Assembly: GCA_964016885.1 (NCBI GenBank)
Contig: OZ024741.1
Span: 67,518,001-67,582,000, forward strand
Length of the DNA: 64,000 bases
Direction of reading: 5' to 3'
DNA from: Eledone cirrhosa
Taxonomy: Eukaryota
The notes under the pieces were generated by a model that searched no databases, was not told where the DNA came from, and saw only the letters and a list, made by a program, of their open reading frames with translations. Below, piece after piece: positions 25,911 to 38,469 of the stretch (positions are counted from its first letter, which is position 1; the number at the start of each line of letters is the position of its first letter). The translations under genes were made by a program, and so were the position numbers.

Positions 25911-26739
25911 TAGATATCTATAGCTAAGTGTGGGATATCCTTTATAGGAGAAACTCCTATCAAGTTGAACGCCGTGCATACGCGCTTTGTTCTCAAGAAA
26001 TCTTCCTTGCTTCTTGCATTTAAATATTCCACAACTCTCTACCACTTTTCCTCTACTACAATCTTCTTACACCGCATTCTTCTTCTCACCCATCTATTTT
26101 TCACTAATTCCAACCCACCCGTCCCTCCCTACAAGCTATCCCTTCCATATATTGTACCGATTGTGTTTTTTTCTGTTTACCTTTTACACACACACACATA
26201 TTTATATATATATATTTTTTTTTTGGGGGGGGGGGGTATGTGTGTATATCGTATGTGTGTCTTTAAACATAACTTACTTTAATTGCTACTTATGTGATCC
26301 GATTGTGGTATAATCTTATAGTTATCTGGTAAAACAAATGTGGGAGCTTACGAAATAATTGGAAAGAAAACTTTAAGATGTCAGACTCAATAGGAAAAGC
26401 CCTGAATTCCTGTGATTGTGTTCAGACTAAATTAATATTATATAGAGAAGTAAACGAAAAACTGATATCGATTTATTTTCTTGTCTCATAAGGTTTATAC
26501 GCTTATGTAAAGAAAGCTATTTGATTATTTATGAATGAGTTCGTGTGTTGGTATTTCAAATATATATATAATTTAATATATAATGGTTTCGACAGGACTA
26601 GAACTGTTTCATCAGGGCTTTCCTGATAATTTCCTCCAAATGAAGCAGTTCTAGTCTTGTAGAGGCCATTTCTATATTAAGTTTTGTTGTATTGAGTACC
26701 TTACTTACTGTGATTATCCCCGATTAAACACAGGACACA

Positions 26740-26815
<76 letters not shown>

Positions 26816-26859
26816 TCTCTCTTTCTATATATATATATCTTCTCCTTCTTCTTGCTCTT

Positions 26860-28130
26860 TCTCAACGAGGCCGGGGTCATCCTTAGGCAGCGATCCCAAA
26901 GCATCATCGAGGCGTAGAGCCGACCACGTCTTCCAGTGCCCTCAATCGCTGGAAGTTTCGTGCCAGCTCCCCTGCTTCCTCCCAGGTGATGTCAAGCCTC
27001 CGGAGATCTTCCCTGATTATATCCAGCCATCTGGTGTGAGGCCTGCCACGGGGCCTCTTCCAGCATGCATCCACTGCAACGAATGGGAGTAAGGCCCTAG
27101 TAAGAGAATCTGGGGGAAAGCGTAGCACATGTTCGTACCAGTATATGATGCGGATAGCTATGAGTCAGAAATATTTGGGTTGATGCGTGCACGCAACACT
27201 TTGTAGGAAACGTGGTTGTCACATCTGATGTCTCTTATGCTCCTGTGCTAACGAATCTATCAATTCTCTTTGCCAGGGTCTTAGTGAGGGGCCACGTATC
27301 TGCTCTATATAGGATATTGGAGTGGACCGATGTATTGTAAATACGGAGCTTGGTCTTCTAGGAGGTTGAGAAGCAATGGTGCCAAAGGGGCTTCCATAGG
27401 GAGTGTATGACCTCGGCAGACAAGCCACATCTCTGCTTGATCTCCGGGGTGAAGTCTCTGTTGCTGGTGACAGTAGAGCTCAGGTAAATGAAGGAGCTTA
27501 CAAACTCCACCGTTTCGGAGCCAATATGTAGCGGGGGAGGATCCGAACCATCGCCGATATGCATCAGCTTTGTCTTCGCTCAGCGTACCCGCCGACCAAT
27601 ATTGATGACTTTTCTCGGTACATGACTTGAGTATTTTTGAGTTGATTGATCGAGGTGCTGAATAGCGTGGCGTCGTTTGGTAATTCCCGAATATATCGTC
27701 AGAAAATCGCTCACAAACCTTGGTCACTAGCCCTGTCTGACCCCACTATTGATAGGGAACCAGTCGGAGTCCTTACCGTTCAGCGCACGCAGCTCTCAGC
27801 ACAGCTATAAAGCTGTTGGAACAAAGTGATGGTCTTGGGAGGCGTACCGACAAGCTGGAGAATTTTCCAGAAGGATGTGTGGTCGACCGTTTCGAAAACC
27901 GCCTTGTGGTCGACGAAGGCTACGTTTAGGAAGCGATCTGTACGGAACTTCCAAGATATTTCGGTAATGAGGCGGAGGGGTCAGGTCTCTCTTGCTGGTG
28001 AGAGTCGAGCCGAGGTAAATGAAGGAGCTGACAAATACCACGGCAGATATGTGGTCAGCGGTGGATCGCTTAGGCATGAATCCGGCTTGTTGTGGGTGAC
28101 GTCCGCTTCTGATGGTGTTGTAGTTTCATT
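26860..28130 (-). mobile_element. Decayed, internally rearranged RTE-like LINE (RT and 3' end)
   Basis: SGFMPKRSTADHI, AFVDHKAVFETVDH, EFVSSFIYLSS, WKRPRGRPHTRWLDIIREDL. Confidence 0.8.
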
Positions 28131-28647
28131 ACAGTATTGTGTTAGTGTATAAAACAGCATGTTATTTGAAGGCTACGGGAATGCAAAATGGACGGTAGAT
28201 TTCAAGATAAATTGACTGCAACAAAGATTGTGCGTTATCTGTTATTTTATTTACCTGTCCTAATATTTCGAATCTAAAACCCTTCGACAGAGGACCTAAG
28301 TAAGAGACTTGGTCTGAGTTCGTGTATTTTTCTTGTTATTGATTCCTCATTTTTTCTTCCTTTGCAAGCTGACGCAAATGACGTTTTCTGTGCAGAGAAG
28401 TTTACAGTGTTGTGCATGCGTGTGTGAATGTTCCTATTAAAATGTGTGCGTTTTTCTTTATGTTTTACATCATTTTTTATGCAAATATTGTGTCAATTTG
28501 TTTAGAATCATTACAATGACGCCAGACTAAGGTACTGACTTGATTTAGTAGATCATATCGACTCCAAACTAATATTATCATTCTCTTTTTTTGTCGAACT
28601 GTTGGGTTACGGGTTATAAACAGAGATAAATGTAAACGGAGACAAAC

Positions 28648-28895
28648 TCACATACATAAATACATACACATACATAAATACATACACATACATAAACACA
28701 TACACATACATAAATACATACGCACACACGCATACATAAACACAAAAATGCACAAGCACACACGCGCATATATATGTATGAGTGTGCGTATGCGTGTGTA
28801 TGTTTGTGTGTGTATGTATGTGTGTGTGTGTGTGTGTGTGCCTGTGTGTGTGTGCCTGTGTGTGTGTGCCTGTGTGTGTTTGGGTTTGTGAGTGT
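28648..28895. repeat. (CATA)-based 18-mer repeat and (GT)n microsatellites
   Basis: catacataaatacataca units followed by (TG)n. Confidence 0.85.
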
Positions 28896-29095
28896 GTGAC
28901 GGGTGTCAGTAGATTCTGGCTGCTAAATTCCATTCCTGTGAAATTGGGTAACCTGAGGCAATTGTAGAAACGTTGTTTAATGACACTACAATGCCTCTGC
29001 CTTTATAAACATTACATAAGTTTTTCACACCATGTATTAAAATTCCTGCCATTGTCACATTCGTGTTATTCCTCTTAATTACTTTTATGTATGTC

Positions 29096-29679
29096 TATAT
29101 GCAAATAATTGTTTCTACTTTAGACACAAGGCCAGCAATCACCAGTGCATTACTGGTACTTTATTTTATCGACCCTGTAAGGATGAAAGGCAAAGTCAAC
29201 CTCGGCGGGATTTGAACTCAGATCGTAAATATGCCTATATGCAAATAATGATTTCTAGTATAGGCACCTGTCCAGTAAAATTTGGGGGGGAGGGGAAAGT
29301 CGATTAAATAGATTACTGGTGCTTTATTTTATCGACCACATAAGGATAAAAGGCAAAGTTAACCTCGGCGGGATTTGAAATCACACCGTAAAGGGCCGTA
29401 ACTCTATGTTACAAAGCATGGTGTCCGACTCTCTACCGATACTGCAACTCCAACACCCTTCTATATGCAAATAATTGTTTCTACTTTTGGCACAAGGCCA
29501 GGAATTACTCAGTACATTACTGGTACTTGATTTTATCGACCCCGTAAGGATGAAAGGCAAAGTTAACCTCGACCGGATTTGAACTCATACCGTAAAGGGC
29601 CGTAACTCTATGCTACAAAGCATGATGTCCGACTCTCTACCGATACTGCCAATGCACTGCCCTTCTATATGCAAATAAT
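29096..29679 (-). mobile_element. Three tandem SINE copies separated by one 15-bp TSD
   Basis: ctatatgcaaataat at 29096, 29236, 29461 and 29665; the reverse SINE core lies in each interval. Confidence 0.88.
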
Positions 29680-30512
29680 ACCAGTACAAATGGTTAACAT
29701 CTTTTTTTCTAGTTGAGAGATATATTCTGTCAACAGATGAAAGACTATACTCTGCTACTGTGATCTGATAATACAAAAACATCAGTACGCAAATATCAGT
29801 TTCCCCCATTCACTTATTGAAATAAATGTGATTCAATTCTATGTGAAAATGGTCGTTAATCAAGAAATTATCTTCCCTTTATTTTGTGAATCACTAACAA
29901 TTACCTCTATGTATTTTTTGTTACTGTTTCCAGCATTTTTTAATACATTAATAATTTTTATGTACTTCATTTAGTATTTTCCCAAGAACAGTAAATATAT
30001 TACTCTACACCTTTGTTATTAGACATGCATATATGTCCTCATCTACCTTATTATATTTATATGTGTGCATATGTTTTACTGCATCACTTGGTTTCTTCCA
30101 TTATCAGTAACAGAGATGTTACATTATTCTGCCATTAGTGAGTGATAACAGCGCATGCGCAGACATAGCTATCTCATTAAGCAAAGTTAAAATGGTAAGC
30201 GTATGTGACGTTTAATGCAGTTATGTCTGTTTTCATTTCTAGAGTCGAATACTTAATTACGAATTCATGAGAAGTGATGGGAAACAATTATATATGGGTG
30301 ATTATGGAGACAAATCTGATTACGTCTCATCATTCACATTCTCTCTCCCCTTCTCAGCCGTTTTTCTCTCGAGTATTTCTTTGTCTCACAACGCTGTTGC
30401 TCTGTTAGTTCTCTCAATATATAGCTTTCTCTCTCTCTCTCTCTTCGCAGATATTCTCCAAACCTATGTATAGTTATCTATCTATCTATCTAGCTATCTA
30501 TCTATCTATCTA

Positions 30513-30545
<33 letters not shown>

Positions 30546-30577
30546 GTGTGTGTGTATATATCTACCTCTCTCTCTCC

Positions 30578-30617
<40 letters not shown>

Positions 30618-30669
30618 GCAGGAAAAGAGAGGTAGAGAGAGATAGGTGGATGGATAGATAGATATATAA

Positions 30670-30721
<52 letters not shown>

Positions 30722-30725
<4 letters not shown>

Positions 30726-30926
30726 CAAAGGAATTGTGGTAAGGAACCAGATGAACCATAACGCACCAGAGTACTCAATACTTAGGGTAGTAGAGTGGGA
30801 AATAGGAAAAAGTATGACCCCGACGGCAGAGCTCAAGCCGTTTCGACGGCTATTTCTGGACTCAAATAGCTGTCCAGAAATAGCCGTCGATACGGCTTGA
30901 GCTCTGCCGTCGGGGTCATACTTTTT

Positions 30927-30930
<4 letters not shown>
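30722..30930 (-). mobile_element. Mini fold-back element (copy 3)
   Basis: Hairpin 30803-30930 (arms ~58 bp) plus tail 30722-30802; (TA)n on both sides. Confidence 0.8.
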
Positions 30931-30975
<45 letters not shown>

Positions 30976-31023
30976 CTATCTATCTATTAATCAATCTTAC
31001 TCACCGCTTACACTGCTTTGTAG

Positions 31024-31099
<76 letters not shown>

Positions 31100-31101
31100 A
31101 T

Positions 31102-31216
<115 letters not shown>

Positions 31217-31549
31217 GTTTTAGAGAAAGAGAGAGATCTGCTTCCATGATGTATTTTTACCTTTTGTCTCGTAGCTATCAAGCTCTCACGTATGCTTTTG
31301 ATTATTCCCCGAGGCTTTTTCAATTTCTTGATGGGTCACTTTCGTCCTCCCTTCCCCATCCCTTCCCTCTCTTTCTTCCCACTCTTTCTTTCTTTAGTTG
31401 TCCTTCACACACGGAGGAACACTTTGTAGTTTGTCTTGTTTTATGTATCTCTCATTCATCATTACACTTAAACGCATGAATCAACCAAACGATCAATCAA
31501 TGTCTCTTCTGTGTAGGTTTCCTAATTCCTATCTATATATCCAGTTCCA

Positions 31550-31558
31550 AGTATATGC

Positions 31559-31615
<57 letters not shown>

Positions 31616-31638
31616 TATGCATATATATATATATATGC

Positions 31639-31703
<65 letters not shown>

Positions 31704-31738
31704 CATATACATATATATATATACATATATATATATAC

Positions 31739-31787
<49 letters not shown>

Positions 31788-31802
31788 CATACGTCTATAT
31801 AG

Positions 31803-31849
<47 letters not shown>

Positions 31850-31852
31850 CAT

Positions 31853-31920
<68 letters not shown>

Positions 31921-31925
31921 ATGTG
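31550..31925. repeat. Compound (TA)n/(CA)n microsatellite
   Basis: Direct inspection. Confidence 0.97.
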
Positions 31926-32762
31926 TAATCGTATTGTATGTGTAAATATATTGTAATCGTAAGGGGTAACATGGACGAATGGAACACGTAGATACATGTA
32001 TGTATGTATGTATGTATATTTATATATATGTGTGCGTGAGTACGTGGGTCTACACACACACACGCAAACGTTATACTCTACTCTATATCTATGATGATTG
32101 CTTTCACCTGCTTCCACTACACTTTGCTCTAGCGACCTGTGTGTTCTGTGAACCACACAGATAAATTGCATTTGAACGCCACCTATAACACTTGTCGCCA
32201 AACTGTGATGGATACCTGGAATTCCACTATATGAGTGCTTTATCTGGCTCCCTCTATATCTGACTCTGCCTACATTCACTTTGGTTGATACTATTCTAAG
32301 ACTGTCACCTCTGGAATCCTTTACTGTCTACAACCATATTTACTTGCATTTATTTGCATTGCTTATATAATGTGTTATCTTTTATATTTCATTTTTTATT
32401 ATCACCTTCTATTTTTTATTCTAATGTTTATTTTATTTTTATTATTTGTTATTATTTTTTATTATTTTTTAATATTTTTTTTATATTTCCTTATATTATC
32501 ATCACTTTATTGTTATATTTATTTTATCCTTACTTCTAGACTCTACCCTTTACGTTTTATCTCTTAACTTTAATTTCCTTATCTTTTATTTTTCCTTATC
32601 TTTAATTATTATAACTGATTTTGGTCTTAATATGTATCGGCTTCTAGCGGTGACGCGTCGTCCAAGCACCCCACTCTTCTTAGTCCTCTGTGCTACATAT
32701 GGATCGTTCTTGTGATATAGGTCGGTAGAGTTTATACTATTCATCTAATTCCTATTTATAAC

Positions 32763-32807
32763 GCTCTGATGAGTCCTGCAATTATGCAAGGACGAAACAC
32801 TGTCAGC
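32763..32807 (+). ncRNA. Canonical type I hammerhead ribozyme at the end of a probable PLE 3' UTR (~31930-32852)
   Basis: gct CTGATGA gtcctgc-aattat-gcaaggac GAAA cactg TC agc; GUC cleavage triplet; (TA)n follows ~45 nt downstream. Confidence 0.85.
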
Positions 32808-33184
32808 AAATAAAGATTAATTGATGATGTAAGCGCTCTTTGTTTTTGTTCCATATATATATATATATATAATAGTAAAAAAGAAACAAAAGTAGAAAAT
32901 GCTAAAGAGACTTTCTCTTGGAATAAACAGCAAAACATGTATTTACAAAATAGGAAGTTCCGTATTTCTCGTACGAGTTTCAGCTTATAGAATTCTTCAT
33001 GCGACGGCAGTGTATAAGGAAATTAAATTGTATATTAATAAGAATATGGGGTCGAAAATAACATAGTTTACATACATATATAAGGAGAAAAGTTTACATT
33101 TTTGTTTTCGTTTTCTGTCTTTCTCTCTTGGTGTGTGTGTGTTAGTAAATGTTTATATTTATGTGCGTATGTGTATATTATATA

Positions 33185-33545
33185 GTGAGGTATTTTTTAC
33201 AAAATGAAAAATAACCGAGGTGTCCTACACGAGTGAAAGTATAAAGAAAAAAAGATGAAATCGAAAATGCAACTGGAGTCTTATTTTTTTTTTAAATATA
33301 TATATTTATTTGGTTCCTTTACCGGTTTCGCAGTTCTTCTGCTTTTCAAAAGTAGAGTTGAGATGAAGGGTCTGTGGTTTTTCTCACATCTCAGATGTGA
33401 GAAATACAACAGACCCTCCATCTCAACTCTACTTTTGAAAAGCAGAAGAACTGCGAAACCGGTAAAGGAACAAAGTAAATATATATATTTAAAAAAAAAA
33501 TAAGACTCCAGTTGCATTTTTGATTTCATCTTTTTATCTTTATAT
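33185..33545. mobile_element. ~300-bp near-perfect palindrome (centre ~33392) of a Neptune/Naiad-like pLTR with a left-side tail
   Basis: 33240-33390 is the reverse complement of 33394-33545; tail motif gaggtgt..acac is shared with 52243-52258. Confidence 0.8.
33432..33467 (+). ncRNA. Minimal hammerhead, U3:A8 variant; mirror copy at 33317-33352 (-)
   Basis: ctt TTGAAAA gcag-aagaa-ctgc GAAA ccgg TA aag. Confidence 0.7.
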
Positions 33546-33588
33546 ATATATATATATGTACGTTATTCCGGGTTGAATCGGAGGTAAC

Positions 33589-33627
<39 letters not shown>

Positions 33628-33872
33628 AAAAAAAACGTTGTCCCTCTACTTGGCAGAATACAATAAATGTAATCTGAGTTTTTCGATTTTTTCGAATATT
33701 AATAGTAATATTTGATTCGTTAGCAATTATGCATGTAAACAGAGCTGTTTACATGCTAACACAACAGCAAGAATGAGAGGCTCATTCTACTTCCATAGCT
33801 TTAAAAAAGAGGCTGTTTGCATAATTGCAAACGAATCGAATATTAATAATAATATTCGAAAAACTCAGATTA

Positions 33873-33923
<51 letters not shown>

Positions 33924-33969
33924 ATATATATATAATATATATATATAATATATATATTATATATGTATG

Positions 33970-34070
<101 letters not shown>

Positions 34071-34223
34071 ACGTCAATACTCATCTTTTTCCATTTCTCC
34101 GAGGGTTCTTAACCCCACTATCAGGCTAAATAATTTCTTTAATTGCTTTAGTCAAAATACGGCGATAGCTAACATTTCTAATAATTTCAAATCAACTCGC
34201 TGTTTCGAAAATATTCTTACTTG

Positions 34224-34258
<35 letters not shown>

Positions 34259-34261
34259 TGG

Positions 34262-36558
34262 TAATAATAGTAATAATAATAAAATTGAAGACTAAAATCC
34301 AAAGAGGGCTCGATAAGGAAAATATATATCAAATATATATGAACCGAAGAGCAAATTTTTATTAAAATAACAGATTAAAGTTTAAGCAAAGAATCGCTGC
34401 TTTCATCCTTAACGGGATCTTCTGAAACTAACAAAGTCAATCTGTAAACGCAGAACTGGATATTTCAAAAAACGTTGCAACCGGAGGAAGACAGGAAGAC
34501 GATACTTTGGTTCGTGGAAACGTTCGCTGGCAAAGAACGGGAAAAAACGAATAATACGTCATTAATAGGAGCGGGGAAAAACAATTACGCGCAAAGACAG
34601 AACCACGTTTATGGTATAAAAGAGGTCGTAGACTAATGTTCTCTTAGGTGGTGCATAGAGACGTTCTCTGGCAATGAACGAAAAAACGAAGATAATAAGT
34701 CATATGTGGAGCGTGGAGAACAATAGCACGCAAAGACAAAACCACGTAAATGGTATAGCAGAAGTTGTAGACTAAAATTCTAACTAGGAGACCAAATCAA
34801 TCTCCGCTACAGAGTTAAGAATAAAGTAAATAAATACAATACAGAAGTAATAGAAACAAATAAATACATACACGCAAACAGATACGTACATACACAAGCA
34901 TACGCAAAACCTTACCATAGGTATACAAAACCACGCACATATAATTATGTGTGTGTGTGTATGCTTGTGTACAAATAAATAAATAATTATATAAACATAT
35001 ATAAGTAAATAAATACGTATATAACAATCGCACACACATACCTACAAATAAATACACGAATGTTCGGAGACGTAAGTCAACTAAAACAAGAAGTACACAT
35101 ATACACACACCCACCATACGTACGAACCTGCATACTCACGCAGACACAAAACTCCCGTATACACATAGCCAAACCCTAAATACCAGAATATGTAAAAATT
35201 ATACGCCATAACAGTCAAATATACGTACGAGAAGGTATACATACCTTCACAAAACATACGGGTAATATATACTTACCTATGCAAATAAGTAAAGGAATAA
35301 ACAAAACATATACTTAGCTCCCACATCAAGACGTAAAATATCCACGTATAGATCGTGCTATCCGTTAGGGTATAACGTGGGGCTGTAATACAGGAAAGTT
35401 TTGTGCAATTTATGTTTACAAGCCGAAATTGCCTCGGATTTTTTGTTTAAGATGTGGTCTGTGGCGTAGAGTATTTCCAGGGCCTCAGCAGCGCAGAGGT
35501 CACATGGTCTTTTATTTCCGTTATACGATCTAGCCCTAGCTAGGATCTCCCAGTATAACTTATATTGGGTGTGGTTGTCTTTTAGACTCCAGATATAAGC
35601 TGAAAGTGACGTCATATTCCTTCTTAGAGGGTAACGAAAAGAATGGGTATGCATGTAAAGACGCTGCTTGAAACTATTGGCGGTTAACCTACGGGACGTG
35701 GGTGTTACAACCTTACATTTGTAGACAATGTTACTAGAGAGGCATTTCCCGGATAGGGGACAATCAGCCCGATTCCTACAATTACAGTTAGTACTAACTA
35801 CAGGGTTGCACGTGTTCCTACGCCTAGGTAGTTTAGCTAAATTTTCAACGACCATTCCACTTATTACAATGAAGCTCTTGCTCGAATTGGATTTGTCGAT
35901 AAGGTATCATATACAGAGTACGAAAATAGACCTAGAAGAAATAGATCCCGTCGCATTTGTTGGTTTACCCACCATATAATATGGATGTGGCCACACCATT
36001 AGCTAAGATCTTTCTTTCCCTTATTACGAAGCATTTTCCCCCTACACATAAATATAGGAAAATTTTTAATAGAAATACTATTAAAATTCCTTACTCTACG
36101 ACTCCTAACCTTGCACATAACATCACAGCTTCAAATTTAACTAAACTACCTAGCCGTAGGAACACATTTACGTGGTTTTGTCTTTGCGTGCTATTGTTCA
36201 CCACGCTCCACATATGACTTATTATCTTCGTGTTTTCGTTCATTGCCAGAGAACGTCTCTATGCACCACCTAAGAGAACATTAGTCTACGACCTCTTTTA
36301 TACCATAAACGTTATTCTGTCTTTGCGCGTAATTGTTTTTCACCGCTCCTATTAATGACGTATTATTCGTTTTTTCCCGTTCTTTGCCAGCGAACGTTTC
36401 CACGAACCAAAGTATCGTCTTCCTGTCTTCCCCCGGTTGCAACGTTTTTTGAAATATCCAGTTCTGCGTTTACAGATTGACTTTGTTAGTTTCAGAAGAT
36501 CCTGTTAAGGGTGAAAGCAGCGATTCTTTGCTTAAACTTTAATCTGTTATTTTAATAA
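34262..36558 (-). mobile_element. Hydra-like PLE family E, fold-back: minus arm 34262-35840 (UTR + EN), plus segments 35845-36166 and 36167-36558
   Basis: ORF 35358..35855 has CNCR..CPLSGKC, IVYKC, YWEIL, CDLC and LNKKSE..CKH. 36167-36558 is the reverse complement of ~34360-34752. Confidence 0.88.
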
Positions 36559-36575
36559 ATATATATATATATATA

Positions 36576-37410
36576 CAATGATAAGACATGAAAGGAGCTG
36601 TGTGGTTACTAAAAACAAGGTTTAGGATGGTGGTTTGGACGGAACAAGAAGAGAAAACAAGAAAGAAGAAACAATCCTTCGTCAGCTGTATCGCCGCGAT
36701 CCAGATGTTTCGGCGCTTATTTATAGGACATCTGTAGCGATCGGTGGTGCGCCCGAGGCCTTTTCTTAATCAAAAGGCCAGGAGGAAAAGAAGAGAAAAG
36801 GGAAAGAAAAAGGAAGGAAAAAGAAGGAAAAGAGGAAGAAGAACAAAGGGGGAAAGGTGGGGAGGAGAGAGGAAGAAGGGGAAAAGGAAAAAAGGGAGAA
36901 AAATCCGGTGAACAGATCCCATCGTGGGGAGACGCAGGACAAAGGATAAGTAACTTATACCAAACCTGGTAGATTTAACCATGGTAGTATGCACTAAGAG
37001 AAGACGGTATTAGCGTTTCGCCACTATCGTAAAAGAGAGAGAGTGAGAGAGAGACACGAGCAACCGGAAGTGAGAGGGAGAAGGGAAAGAGAGATAATCC
37101 AAAAGGTGTTTTACGACAGTATCATTTTGTATTTACCGCTGTGAACCCCCTCTACCTGTTTTGTTCGATCTGAGTTCCTACTACACTTTCGCATCGACTC
37201 TCCCCTTCTCTCTTTCCTTCTCCTTCCCTCTCTCTCATTTTCTCTCACTCTGCCTCCCTCTATCCATCCGTTCAGTTTTGATTGTTGACATGTTTACTCG
37301 TGTCGTAAAAACTCCTCTGTTCGCAATCTTTTCCGACACGTTTTACCACTGTCGTAAAGCCCCTTTTGGATTAACTCCATTTCCCTTCTCCCTCTCACTT
37401 CCGGTTGCTC

Positions 37411-37481
<71 letters not shown>

Positions 37482-37895
37482 ACGATAGAGGCGACACGCT
37501 CATACCGTCTTCTGTTAGCACATCCTACCAGGCTTAAGTCTACCAGGTTTGATATGCGTTACTTATCCTATTTTTTCACGGTTACTCATTTGCCTGTTCC
37601 TTTGTCCTGTGTCTCCCCACGATGGGATCTGTTCACCTTTTTTTTTCCTTTTTCTCTTTCTTCATCTCTCCTCACCACATTTACCCCCCTTTGTTCTTCT
37701 TCCTCTTTTCTTTCTTTTTCCTCCCCCCCCCTTTTCTCTTCTTTTCCTCCAGGCCTTTTGATTAAGAAAAGGCCTCGGGTGCACCACCGATCGCTACAGA
37801 TGTCCTGTAAATAAGCGCCGAAACATCTGGATTACAACTGATGAAGGATTCTTTCTTATATCTTTTCCCCTCGTGTTCCGCCCAAACGACCATCC

Positions 37896-37897
<2 letters not shown>
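36576..37897. mobile_element. Non-coding fold-back element in (TA)n (arms ~36628-37120 and ~37345-37897; 50-nt tail at left)
   Basis: For example gatgtttcggcgcttattta.aggacatctgtagcgatcggtggtgc at 36703 versus its reverse complement at ~37780-37828. The arms are diverged. Confidence 0.75.
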
Positions 37898-37940
<43 letters not shown>

Positions 37941-38109
37941 TTGTGTACATATGGATATACATTCGCATGTTGCTGCATCTGCATCTATGGCAGAAGTTCA
38001 ATGATTAAAACGATAAATGAATATCGAGCTAAATCTGGATCAACTCATAATTTCAATTATATTTACTAATTGAATCTACAGTCATATATGTTAGTCATGC
38101 CTTTTTGCT

Positions 38110-38212
<103 letters not shown>

Positions 38213-38469
38213 TTAGAACGAATACTATTTCGTTTAAATATCAGCATATGGCAACCAATTTGTTTGAAGAAAAATACCGATTATATCGACTCCAGTACAT
38301 AACTGGTGAAAGGAACACAGTGCTAACAAAGGAGCTAGCTGGTGGACCAGAAATGTGTAAGAATACAGACTAGCTCAAGATGAAATGTAAGGTGAAGAGT
38401 AGGCTTCAGATAAATGGGGGTGGAATAAAGTAGAGGAGATTCAGTAAGCATTTGACTCTGACAATATAA

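Noticed and set aside
26583-26670. Inverted repeat with CTGATGA..GAAAC on the minus strand
   Set aside because: Stem II is plausible but I could not form stems I and III; probably a decayed PLE terminus. The same applies to partial motifs at ~32970-33003 and ~63500-63570.
29096-29679. CRISPR-like repeat-spacer array (four identical 15-mers)
   Set aside because: Eukaryotic context; the intervals are 125-210 bp homologous SINEs and the repeats are TSDs.
33255-33529. Two near-identical 82-aa ORFs on opposite strands
   Set aside because: Automatic consequence of the DNA palindrome; no protein motif.
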